From an uncultured Phycisphaeraceae bacterium (lineage in GTDB: Bacteria; Planctomycetota; Phycisphaerae; Phycisphaerales; UBA1924): a stretch of DNA of 30,654 bases. The translations under genes and the position numbers were made by a program. The notes beneath the pieces were generated by a model. That model did not search any database and was not told the origin of the DNA. It worked only from the letters and a program-made list of their open reading frames with translations. The stretch lies in contig CAZMPE010000001.1 in assembly GCA_964567955.1 (NCBI GenBank), forward strand, positions 1 through 30,654, read 5' to 3'. Shown here piece by piece: positions 17,445 through 25,690 of the stretch (position 1 is the first letter of the stretch; every line of letters begins with the position of its first letter).

Positions 17445-17789
17445 GTGACCCCGTGCTCTCCAGATCCGATCGGTCTTCCGGCGGCATTCCCGCCGGCCCG
17501 GCCCGAGCCGCGCATCAAGCCCGTGCCGCCATGCGGCGATCGCGCGCCACTGCCCTTTGACCGCTTTCTGGAGAGGCTCAACAAGGAAGAACGCGCCGCG
17601 CTCCCCCGAACCCGGCCGCACCGGTCGACGCCCGCGGACCCCTCACCCGGCGCGCCCCGCCGCCCGGACTCTCCCCGGCTCGGCGACCTCACGCCCGTCA
17701 TCCCGACCGTCGTGGAGCACCGCCTGCGCGTGCACTACCGGATCGAGGTGCCCATCCCGCTGGGCCACATGATCGATCTCTTCGCGTAG
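17445..17789 (+). CDS. Small Pro-rich hypothetical protein (114 aa) ending LGHMIDLFA
   Basis: GTG after GGAGTGGAG RBS-like sequence; GC3-biased codons in the 3' half; fills the gap between queA and the SpoIID gene. Confidence 0.55.
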   Translation: MTPCSPDPIGLPAAFPPARPEPRIKPVPPCGDRAPLPFDRFLERLNKEERAALPRTRPHRSTPADPSPGAPRRPDSPRLGDLTPVIPTVVEHRLRVHYRIEVPIPLGHMIDLFA

Positions 17790-17792
17790 GAC

Positions 17793-19151
17793 CTAGTACG
17801 CCCGCTCCAGCTTCGCCCCGGGGTAGAAGCGCACGAGCATGGTGCGCCAGTCGTCGCCCCGCGCCGCCATCGCCTGGGCGCAGTGCTGGCACATGCCGAC
17901 CCCGTGCCCGAACCCGCGCCCGCTGATCGAGACCTGCGATCCGTTGAACACGAACGCGATGTCGCCGCTCGCGACCCGCGTCTGCGATGTGATCGCCGGC
18001 AGCCCGGACGCGCTGAAGTTGCACGCGATCCGCAGTTCCTCGGCGCTCAACAGGTAGGACCGCCCGTCCGAATCCCGCAGCCGGTACGCCGCGGGACGGT
18101 TGTCGCCGTTCGTCCGGTCGACCGACACGTTGATGATCGTCGAAGCACGCTTGATCTCGTTCCCGCTCGAGGCGCCCCACGCCCGAACCCGGCGCGTCAG
18201 TTCGTCGATGTCGCGCGCCACCGTCCAGCGGTACAGCTTCGAGTCCGTGCACATCGACGGCCGGCTGTGCGACTGCAGCGGCGGATCGAGGTTGTACTCG
18301 AACCCGGCCGTGGTCGGCCACGTGTCCGCCGCCGACGCCGTCCGTCCACCGCACGTGCTCGAGTAGTACGTGCGCAAGAGGCGGTGCTCCCACGTCAGCA
18401 CCACGCCGCGCGTGTTCTTCACCGCCTGCAGCGCCACCGGCAGCACGGTGCTGCCGCCGTACACCTGGTCCGCCGTCGTGCTCTCCACGTCAAAGTCGCG
18501 CCCCACCCCGATCGACCGCTGCCGCTCGTGCAGCGCGTACGAACGCGCCGCCACCGCCTGCACCTCGAACGCGCCCAGCGACCAGTGCTGGTACAACTCC
18601 TTGGCGATCACCCCGGGCAGATACGTCTCGACAGGGATCAGCGCCACCACGTCGAACGAGCCCGCGATCGTCCCGTCGGCGGCCCTCAGGGGACGGGGGA
18701 TCAGCCGCAGTCGTCCCGGGTACACCGTCCCGTCCACCGTGATCCGCGCCCCCTCGCCGCTCTCTTCACCCGCCACATCCGCCGCCGCCCACGGCTCAAG
18801 AACCGTCCCCACCCCGTTCGCCCCGACGATCGACAGCCGTCCCGTCGCGGCATCCACCTTGACGTCCGCCGGACCGCTGATCTCCGTCACCACGCCCGCC
18901 GGTGATCCGATCTCAAAACGCGTCGCCCCGGAGAGCCGCGTCTGCCCGATCCCCGTCCGGATCCGGACCCGCACATCGGGCTCGCCGGGCAACTCGACCC
19001 CAACGTCACGCGGCACCGCGGTGGTCGGACGGGTCCAGCTCTGGCACGAAGCCACCCCGATCACCGCCCCGAGCAGCAGCAGCGCGACCGCTCCGACCGC
19101 CGCCTGACGGCGCGTCAAGCCGAAATGTGAAGTTGGGTGCTCGGCTGTCAT
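17793..19151 (-). CDS. SpoIID/LytB-domain lipoprotein (putative lytic transglycosylase)
   Basis: ETYLPGVIAKEL, QAVAARSYA, DQVYGG, TYYSSTCGG, GRGFGHGVGMCQ, LVRFYPG; lipobox VASC; start at ATG 19151 (MTAEHP...). Confidence 0.9.
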   Translation of the reverse strand: MTAEHPTSHFGLTRRQAAVGAVALLLLGAVIGVASCQSWTRPTTAVPRDVGVELPGEPDVRVRIRTGIGQTRLSGATRFEIGSPAGVVTEISGPADVKVDAATGRLSIVGANGVGTVLEPWAAADVAGEESGEGARITVDGTVYPGRLRLIPRPLRAADGTIAGSFDVVALIPVETYLPGVIAKELYQHWSLGAFEVQAVAARSYALHERQRSIGVGRDFDVESTTADQVYGGSTVLPVALQAVKNTRGVVLTWEHRLLRTYYSSTCGGRTASAADTWPTTAGFEYNLDPPLQSHSRPSMCTDSKLYRWTVARDIDELTRRVRAWGASSGNEIKRASTIINVSVDRTNGDNRPAAYRLRDSDGRSYLLSAEELRIACNFSASGLPAITSQTRVASGDIAFVFNGSQVSISGRGFGHGVGMCQHCAQAMAARGDDWRTMLVRFYPGAKLERAY

Positions 19152-19196
19152 GTCGTGCGTCCGATCCCGCCCCGCCCACACCCCGCCACCAGCCCC

Positions 19197-19207
19197 TGTA
19201 GGATACA
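19197..19207. promoter_or_regulatory. Overlapping divergent -10 elements (TAGGAT on +, TATCCT on -) in the palindrome TGTA-GGA-TACA
   Basis: Only AT-richer patch in the 113-bp gap between two divergent genes. Confidence 0.35.
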
Positions 19208-19264
19208 CGCTCTCAACCCGGGGGCGCCCCCGAACCGTCCCCGCCCATCGTGGAGGCCGTGCAC

Positions 19265-19726
19265 ATGATGTCACGAACCGGGATTGCTCGTCGGGCGGCC
19301 GCTACCACGAGTCTGATCGGCACACTGCTGTTCGCCGCGGGAGTGTCCATCGCGCTCGTCGCCCCGCTCGCCTCCTGCGGCGGCGGCGCGTCCATCGACA
19401 AGGACACGAACTCGCCCTACCAGGGGCCCGAGATCAGCATCGACTCCGCCGGGCCGCAGCACATCATCCTCGTGCAGGCCCCGTCGGCCGGATGGACCGT
19501 CGTCTTCGATCAGACCCGCCCGGCCCTCGGTACCACCGAGGTCTTCGTCTCCCTCATCCGCCCGAACCCAGCCTTCCAGCACGCACAGGCCGTCGTCGAG
19601 CAGCGGCTCGGCTCAACCGTCGCGTCCAACTCGCGGATCAACGTCTTCGCCCGCGTCTGCGACCACGGCGCCGATCCCAAGGACTTCGCCTACCGATCCG
19701 CCGGCCGCGCCGCCCGTGAGCCATGA
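19265..19726 (+). CDS. Putative lipoprotein, PrcB C-terminal-like domain
   Basis: GGAGG RBS; lipobox LASC; PSAGWTV...[18 protein letters not shown] resembles the PrcB_C pattern PTGGY...V.V....P.P...TQA (recognition by eye). Confidence 0.55.
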   Translation: MMSRTGIARRAAATTSLIGTLLFAAGVSIALVAPLASCGGGASIDKDTNSPYQGPEISIDSAGPQHIILVQAPSAGWTVVFDQTRPALGTTEVFVSLIRPNPAFQHAQAVVEQRLGSTVASNSRINVFARVCDHGADPKDFAYRSAGRAAREP

Positions 19727-20916
19727 CCGCCGATTCACCGAGCCTCCGGGATCTCGTGCGCCTGACCCTCACCCCGGGCGTCGGACCCATCCTCATCGCA
19801 CGGTTGATCGAGGCCTTCGGCGAGCCCGCCGCCGTGCTCGCCGCCTCGGCAGCACAACTCGAACGCATCAAGGGCATCGGGCCGGGCCGATCGCCGTTGA
19901 TCGTCCGCGGCCTCAAGGAATCCGCCGATCTCGTGGACGATGAACTCGCCCTCGCGGCGAAGCTCGGCGTCCGGCTCGTCCCGAAATCAGACCCTGAGTA
20001 TCCGCCGCTGCTCGCCGAGATCCGCGATGCGCCGCCACTCCTCTATGTCCGCGGCCGGTTGCTCCCGGACGGCCCCGACCGCTACCCGGTCGCCATCGTC
20101 GGCTCCCGAAACTGCACCGCCTACGGCATCGAGCAGGCGGAACGCTTCGCCACCGTCCTCGCCGCCGCCGGGCTCACCATCGTCTCCGGGGGCGCTCGAG
20201 GCATCGACACCGCCGCCCACCGGGGAGCGCTGCGGGCCGGCGGGCGCACCGTCTCCGTGCTCGGCTGCGGCCTCGCGCACTGCTACCCACCGGAGAACGC
20301 CGAACTCTTCGAACGCATCGGCGCCGGCCCCGATCCCCGCGGCGGCGTGGTCTCCGAGCTCCCGCTGCGCGTGCCGCCAGACGCCGACAACTTCCCCGCA
20401 CGCAACCGGATCATCTCCGGACTGAGCCTCGGCCTGATCGTCATCGAGGCGGGCAGCCGGTCCGGTGCGCTGATCAGCGCCCGGCTCGCCGCCGAAGACC
20501 ACGGGCGCGAGGTCATGGCCGTCCCCGGACGGGTGGACTCTCCCTCGAGCGCGGGATCGCTCGAACTCCTCAAATCGGGAGGGGCCCTCCTCGTCACCGA
20601 TCCGGGCGATGTCTTGGCCATCCTCGAATCTCCCGCCCGTCACTCGTTCGAGGGGTCCCACGAATCCCGCTACGCCGACCCGTCCCGCGAACCGGCGGGT
20701 CTCTTCCGGCCCGACACCGCCGTCGAAGCCAAGGCCCCGGGTCTGACCGACACCCAGCGCTCGATCCTCGATGCCCTCGAGGATCCGCTCACGGTCGACG
20801 AGCTTGCCCGTGCCGTCGGTCAGGATGTCGGAGCCCTGCGAGCCGACCTGACCGTCCTTGAGATCCAGAAGCGTGTCCAGCGGCTCGGATCGAAGATCGG
20901 CAGGGCTCGGCGGTAG
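19723..20916 (+). CDS. dprA: DNA-processing protein DprA
   Basis: [58 protein letters not shown]-terminal winged helix. Confidence 0.96.
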   Translation: MTADSPSLRDLVRLTLTPGVGPILIARLIEAFGEPAAVLAASAAQLERIKGIGPGRSPLIVRGLKESADLVDDELALAAKLGVRLVPKSDPEYPPLLAEIRDAPPLLYVRGRLLPDGPDRYPVAIVGSRNCTAYGIEQAERFATVLAAAGLTIVSGGARGIDTAAHRGALRAGGRTVSVLGCGLAHCYPPENAELFERIGAGPDPRGGVVSELPLRVPPDADNFPARNRIISGLSLGLIVIEAGSRSGALISARLAAEDHGREVMAVPGRVDSPSSAGSLELLKSGGALLVTDPGDVLAILESPARHSFEGSHESRYADPSREPAGLFRPDTAVEAKAPGLTDTQRSILDALEDPLTVDELARAVGQDVGALRADLTVLEIQKRVQRLGSKIGRARR

Positions 20917-21017
20917 GGTCGATCCCCCAAGAGAAGCCGCAAACATGGATGCTCCAAGGGCTTGCAGAGGGCCCAAGTGGCCGTTCAGGAAAAAAACGGG
21001 TCCTGTTGGCAAGACAC

Positions 21018-21046
21018 TTGCCGTGTGGCAATTGCTTGGCTATCGT
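21018..21046 (+). promoter_or_regulatory. Putative sigma70 promoter TTGCCG-N17-TATCGT upstream of lexA
   Basis: Canonical 17-bp spacing; lies in the most AT-rich patch of the dprA-lexA interval. Confidence 0.6.
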
Positions 21047-21252
21047 GTACCGAACAAAAGTGAAAGAAAACTGTCGCATGACTCTCGGGACTGACGATCA
21101 CAACTGCACGTTCGATGGGCCCGCGTCGGGCCCGGGCCGGGGACCGGCACTCCAACATCCGCGAGCGGAGGCCTCCAGCGCTGAGCCCGAACTGCCGCAG
21201 ATCCGCGGCGGACGGACCATGCGTACCGGTTCGATCGGTGAGGGATCGCCCG

Positions 21253-21759
21253 ATGAGTTCCAAATCCAGACCATTGCTTGTTCTTGGTCCGGGCGGCGAG
21301 TTCGTGACGGAGTTCCGTCCCGACAACGCGGGACGCCTGGTCGCCGGCGCCGCCGTCATCGGCGAGCCCGTCGAGGTCGGAGGATGGCTGGCGCGCCTCG
21401 GCGCGCTGGTCGGCGGGCTCATGCTCGCGGACGGATTGTTGAAACGGCAGGCCGGCGTCCTGCGGGGCTTCGTCGCCCCGGCATCGCCGACGGACGCCCG
21501 GCCAAGGTTGTCGCGACGGCTGGACATCATCGAACCCCTTCGTGAGGAGTGCATACATGAATCTCACACCCAAGCAACTGCGGATCCTTCAGCTCATCCG
21601 CGACTGGCGTGTCCGGCGCGGCTATTCCCCGACGATGCAAGAGCTCGCCGACGAGATCGGCGTCAGCAAAGTCACGGTCTTCGAGCACGTCGAGGCCCTC
21701 ATCAAGAAGGGCGCCCTCGTGCGAGAGCCCAACAAGGCTCGCTCTTTGTCGATCGCTGA
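21253..21759 (+). CDS. Uncertain hypothetical ORF (168 aa) in the lexA leader, overlapping lexA by 203 nt
   Basis: GGTGAGGGA RBS-like sequence; GC3-biased codons from about codon 13 to the lexA start; the out-of-frame overlap makes it doubtful. Confidence 0.35.
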   Translation: MSSKSRPLLVLGPGGEFVTEFRPDNAGRLVAGAAVIGEPVEVGGWLARLGALVGGLMLADGLLKRQAGVLRGFVAPASPTDARPRLSRRLDIIEPLREECIHESHTQATADPSAHPRLACPARLFPDDARARRRDRRQQSHGLRARRGPHQEGRPRARAQQGSLFVDR

Positions 21760-22171
21760 GGGCACGGCCGTCCCGGACGAGTCCCGCCCTCTGCGCTTCC
21801 CGCTCGTGGGGAAGATCGCCGCGGGCTACCCCATCGAAAAGGTCGCCGACGAGGACGATATCGATCTCACCGAGATCCTCGGCAGCAAGCCGGGCCGGCA
21901 GGACACGACCTTCGCCCTCAAGGTCGAGGGCGACTCGATGCGTGACGAGGGCATCCTCAGCGGCGACTACGTCCTGGTGGAGCGCACCGAGGTCGCCCGC
22001 AACGGCGACCGCGTCGTCGCTCTCCTCCCGGACGGCCAGACCACCCTCAAGACCTTCTACAAGGAGGACGACCACATCCGCCTCCAGCCCGCCAACCCGG
22101 CCTTCGACCCCATCAAGGTCAAGTTCTGCCAGGTCCAGGGCATCGTCAAGGGCGTGGTGCGAAAGTACTGA
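21557..22171 (+). CDS. lexA: SOS repressor LexA
   Basis: LTPKQ..IL..I, GYSPTMQELA HTH, Ala-Gly cleavage site IAAGYP, catalytic Ser (GDSM) and Lys (TTLK); GAGGAG RBS. Confidence 0.96.
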   Translation: MNLTPKQLRILQLIRDWRVRRGYSPTMQELADEIGVSKVTVFEHVEALIKKGALVREPNKARSLSIAEGTAVPDESRPLRFPLVGKIAAGYPIEKVADEDDIDLTEILGSKPGRQDTTFALKVEGDSMRDEGILSGDYVLVERTEVARNGDRVVALLPDGQTTLKTFYKEDDHIRLQPANPAFDPIKVKFCQVQGIVKGVVRKY

Positions 22172-22213
22172 AGGTGCGCGCCCGACGGCGGGAATGATCC
22201 CAACGACTGACGG

Positions 22214-23002
22214 CTACTTCGTACCCGTCCCCCGGTTCCAATAGAAAACCGCCGTTCCATCGTCGCGCTCCATCAGCGCGGCGAGTTCGGCCACCGCCGC
22301 CTCGATCTCGTCCCGCGCGGCCAGGCCCCGTTCGATCAGCGCCCGCTCGCCCGACCGGATGTTCCCGATCAGGTTGGTGACCCAGCCCGCGAATCCGGGC
22401 GAACCCGACCAATGCACCTCCGGCGCGATCGACAACTCGATCGATCGGAATCCGGCTCCCTTCAGCAGCGGGAAGAGCCGCAGCCCGATGGACGCGTCGC
22501 CGCCCAGTTGTGACTGCAGCCGGCCGAACTTCGCCCACAGGGCGTCAAAGCGCGGCGTCGGCGGATGGAACCGGTTGATCTCGATGTTGTTCTCCTGCAC
22601 CGCCACCCGACCGCCGGGGCGCAGCACGCGCCGCATCTCGGTCAGCGCCCGCCCCGGGTCCGCCAGGTGCTCGAGCACGTAGCGGCAATACACAAGGTCG
22701 AACGACGCATCCGCGAACGGCAGCGCGTGCGCGTCCCCCTGCACGAACTCCACGTTCGGCGCCGACGACCGCCGCTGCGCCTCGGCCAGTTGGGCCCCGG
22801 CGTGCTCGATCCCCGTCACGCGCACCGCCCGCGACGCCACCTCGACCGCCAGCAGCCCCAGTCCGCTCCCGACCTCCAGCACGCGATCGCCGCCCGCCGG
22901 ATTGAGGTACCTGACGAACTCCGCGTTCGTCATCGCGTTGAGCCTGGCGAGGCGGTCCTGTTCGGAGGGGTCGGTGCCGTGGATGTACGAGGCGTCGGGC
23001 AT
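22214..23002 (-). CDS. Class I SAM-dependent methyltransferase
   Basis: VLEVGSGLG, QGDAHALPFADASFDLV, VLEHLADP, VLRPGG. Confidence 0.9.
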   Translation of the reverse strand: MPDASYIHGTDPSEQDRLARLNAMTNAEFVRYLNPAGGDRVLEVGSGLGLLAVEVASRAVRVTGIEHAGAQLAEAQRRSSAPNVEFVQGDAHALPFADASFDLVYCRYVLEHLADPGRALTEMRRVLRPGGRVAVQENNIEINRFHPPTPRFDALWAKFGRLQSQLGGDASIGLRLFPLLKGAGFRSIELSIAPEVHWSGSPGFAGWVTNLIGNIRSGERALIERGLAARDEIEAAVAELAALMERDDGTAVFYWNRGTGTK

Positions 23003-23026
23003 GGTGAGGAAGTGGGGGAGCGGCGG

Positions 23027-23827
23027 CTAGAACCTCTTGTGCACCGCCCGGCCCTCCGGGCCCTTCAGGCCGAGGATCGCGCGGGCCAGCGACAGATCGA
23101 TCGGAAGCGTGATCTTGATGTTCCGCGGGTCGCCCGCGATCACCGTCACCGTCTCGCCCAGCCGCTCCACGAGCTGCGCATCGTCCGTGCTGCTCAGGTC
23201 CGGCTGCCCGTACGCGCGCCGCAGCAGGTCGGCCCGGAAGACCTGCGGCGTCTGGACCGCCACCAGCCGCGCCCGGTCGATCGTCGCTTCCACCGTCCGC
23301 ACCACCGTGTTCCGCTTCGCCCCGCCGCCCAGGATGGCGTCCAGCGGATCGACGTCCCGGTCGTCGGACTCGCGCGCCGCCGCCCGCTTGAGCGTGTCGG
23401 AGACATCCAGCGCCGGCACCACCGCCGCGTACTTCCCCGCCGCGTCGAAGACCCGCTCGATCAGTTCCATCGGCGTGCACGGCCGCGCGGCGTCGTGCAC
23501 CGCGATGTGCGTCGCATCCGCCGGCACTTCGCCCAGAGCATTCCGAACCGTTTCATGCCTGTGCGTCTCGCCGCCGGCGCACACCTTCACGCCCAGCAGG
23601 CCGAGCTTGTCGCCGTGCCTGGCCTTGAACTCCGCATGGGCCTTGGCCTCGGCCGGACCCGCGACCACGATCGCCGAAACCGCGTCGTGGTTCGTGAAGA
23701 GCTCGACCGTCCGCTGCAGCACCGGCCGCCCGCCGAGGTCCTCGTCCAGCTTCGACCGGGGGAACTCGCTCGCCTCCGAGTACCGCTTCGAGAACCCCGC
23801 CGCGGGGATGATGACGGCGATCTTCAT
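23027..23827 (-). CDS. ispD: 2-C-methyl-D-erythritol 4-phosphate cytidylyltransferase
   Basis: VIIPAAG..KR, GGETHRHETV.NAL, IAVHDAARP, VQTPQVF, TDDAQLVE, NIKIT.P.DL; start MKIAV at 23827. Confidence 0.9.
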   Translation of the reverse strand: MKIAVIIPAAGFSKRYSEASEFPRSKLDEDLGGRPVLQRTVELFTNHDAVSAIVVAGPAEAKAHAEFKARHGDKLGLLGVKVCAGGETHRHETVRNALGEVPADATHIAVHDAARPCTPMELIERVFDAAGKYAAVVPALDVSDTLKRAAARESDDRDVDPLDAILGGGAKRNTVVRTVEATIDRARLVAVQTPQVFRADLLRRAYGQPDLSSTDDAQLVERLGETVTVIAGDPRNIKITLPIDLSLARAILGLKGPEGRAVHKRF

Positions 23828-23882
23828 GCCGCCAGCGTACGCCGGGTCGGCCCGAGCGGGCCAACCGGCCCGCCGTCGAATG

Positions 23883-23915
23883 AAAAACGGGCCGCCCGGC
23901 GTTCCGGGCGACCCG
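23883..23915 (-). terminator. Intrinsic terminator of PEP-CTERM-like paralogue 1
   Basis: Minus strand CGGGTCGCCCGG-AACG-CCGGGCGGCCCG-TTTTT (12-bp stem, one G.U). Confidence 0.85.
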
Positions 23916-23937
23916 CATGGATCAGATTGCACGAGAC

Positions 23938-24810
23938 TCAGGCGCGACGACGGCGGGCGGCGAAGAGACCGCCAAGGCCGAGCAGGCCGAGCGCCGACGG
24001 CGCCGGGACGATGCTCACGTTGTCCCAGCCGGTCGCGTTGTTCACGTTCCCCGTGAACAGACGGATATCGGTCGGCAGCGGCTTGGCCAGCACGTTGTTC
24101 TGACCGCCGGCCAGATACCAGCCCAGACCGCTGACGTCCACGGTCGTCACCGGCCCGCCGGCCGTGATGTCCTGGATCGACACCGACAGGATCTGGTTCG
24201 TGCCGAAGTCCCACTTCGTCGACTGGTGAATCCAGTGATCGGTGGGGATGTTCTGCCAGGCAGCCCCGGGCGACTGGAACGCCGGAGCCGCTCCGCCCGC
24301 GGCGCTGAACACGCCGTAGACGATCTCGTACGAAGTCGGGCTGGCCGGCACCATGTACCGCATCAGCTGCTGCCAGTAGTTCGCCGTGCTCGAGGGCTGC
24401 AGCGAGAAGCTGCCGAGGTTGTTCACGGGCGTGACGCCCGCCGGCCCGACGAAGAGGCCGTTGACGTCCCAATCGGCAGTCCAGATGTTCGTGCTGCTGA
24501 AGTCATGAGCGTGCTGGGCGCGCCCGATGTTGTTCGGAGCCGCCGTGCCCGCCACGCCGACGAACTGATCGCCGCCGTTCGGGTTGTTCGAGAAGCCGAT
24601 CGCGTTGCCGGCGTACGTGTGCACCTTGAAGTCAACGCTGCCCGCGACGGGGTTGTACCACCCGTCCTGGCCGCCGCCGCCGAAACCATTCGTCAGCAGC
24701 GTCCCGGCCGCGGAACCGGTGTAGACCGGGCCCTCGAAACCGGTGATGAAGTCGGCCCGGGCAGCCGCGGCCGCTCCGAGTCCGGCAAGAACAAAAGCAA
24801 GCACTCTCAT
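23938..24810 (-). CDS. Secreted PEP-CTERM-like (VPAP) protein, paralogue 1 (290 aa)
   Basis: GGAGGAG RBS, signal peptide ending ARA, C-terminal VPAPSALGLLGLGGLFAARRRRA (sorting motif, TM helix, Arg cluster). Confidence 0.85.
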   Translation of the reverse strand: MRVLAFVLAGLGAAAAARADFITGFEGPVYTGSAAGTLLTNGFGGGGQDGWYNPVAGSVDFKVHTYAGNAIGFSNNPNGGDQFVGVAGTAAPNNIGRAQHAHDFSSTNIWTADWDVNGLFVGPAGVTPVNNLGSFSLQPSSTANYWQQLMRYMVPASPTSYEIVYGVFSAAGGAAPAFQSPGAAWQNIPTDHWIHQSTKWDFGTNQILSVSIQDITAGGPVTTVDVSGLGWYLAGGQNNVLAKPLPTDIRLFTGNVNNATGWDNVSIVPAPSALGLLGLGGLFAARRRRA

Positions 24811-25072
24811 GGTCAGCTCCTCCCACAAACGAACGGGGTTTCCGTTGCCGATTGCCCGTCTGCTCCGCGTGAACGCCACCGGTGCCCGGGCCCAACCGAC
24901 TCTTGTCACTCTCCGAACCACGAACAAAGGCAACGCCCCGCCGCCGCGGGAGCCGCGCCGAATCGATCACTCAACTTTGAACACGTGCCTCGACATTCTC
25001 TCTCCGCGACCGGTCGTCGACCGCCGTTCCGCCAGAGCGGCGCGCCCCGGCGGTCGACTCAAGAACGAGCCC

Positions 25073-25102
25073 ATGATGCCCGGAGGCGAGGGGCGCTGTC
25101 AA
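25073..25102 (-). promoter_or_regulatory. Putative sigma70 promoter TTGACA-N18-CATCAT for paralogue 1
   Basis: Perfect -35, T-rich UP-like tract upstream (TGTTTTTTGTG). Confidence 0.6.
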
Positions 25103-25245
25103 CACAAAAAACATGCAAATTCCGAGCCCACCGGGAAACCCCCCAAGCCCCGCCCCGACCGGCAGGCGAACGACCGGCGTAAAGGGGCCCCCCGGACCCG
25201 CCAGGAAGGCCCGGCGGCCTATGATTCCACGCTCTTTGACAACCT

Positions 25246-25594
25246 GGGGCCGAACTGGATTCGACCGGGCAATGAAGGTCGGATGTGGCGCGTCGAGGAG
25301 CATGCCGGCCTCGTAAAAAGCATGCAAAATCATAATTGCCAACAGCAATTACGCTCTCGCGGCCTAAATAAGGCCGCACGATCCCCGTCAGACGCCCGAT
25401 GTGGCGGGGATCGAAGACATCGGGCTGGCCGCTGTGCGTCGTGCTCAGGAGCAGCGGTGAGGAGTTACTGAGGGCTGGGTTGGGCGGAACGCCGTCGGTG
25501 GCGGCCCGCTCCGCTGAGATCAAATCACCGAACACACGCGTAGAGGCATCCGGCTGACTGTCACGGGACGGGGGTTCGATTCCCCCCGGCTCCA
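25246..25594 (+). ncRNA. ssrA: tmRNA; tag reading frame 25338-25367 encodes (A)ANSNYALAA*
   Basis: 5' GGGGCCGAACTGGATTCGAC; 3' T-arm GGGGGTTCGATTCCCCC then CGGCTCCA; acceptor stem GGGGCCG/CGGCTCC with G3.U wobble; ATAATT before the resume codon; TATGAT -10 at 25220. CCA not fully encoded. Confidence 0.96.
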
Positions 25595-25690
25595 TTCTCA
25601 TCCGCGCCTCCGGGCTCGGCGGACACCGATCGGTGTCCCGTTTCGCTCCGACGATCTCGGATCCCTCCTCTCAGCAGAAAGGGGACTTCC

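Noticed and set aside
10568-17560. Long alternative-frame ORFs (10568-12604, 11485-14544, 13188-15014, 15005-17560)
   Set aside because: Arg/Pro/Gly-rich shadows of mraY, murF, murE and queA, expected in high-GC DNA.
21043-21056. Verrucomicrobia-type LexA box TGTTC-N4-GAACA
   Set aside because: Only the GAACA half is present; the left half at the required spacing does not match.
22214-23002. Methyltransferase as part of a defence or restriction system
   Set aside because: Small-molecule class I fold with no DPPY/NPPY or PC motif and no nuclease nearby.
24811-25066. Known riboswitch (cobalamin, c-di-GMP, TPP, SAM) in the paralogue-1 leader
   Set aside because: Could not find their conserved cores by eye; kept only as an unknown structured leader.
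24971-25601. Minus-strand ORFs across the ssrA region
   Set aside because: They overlap tmRNA and promoters, which explain the sequence.
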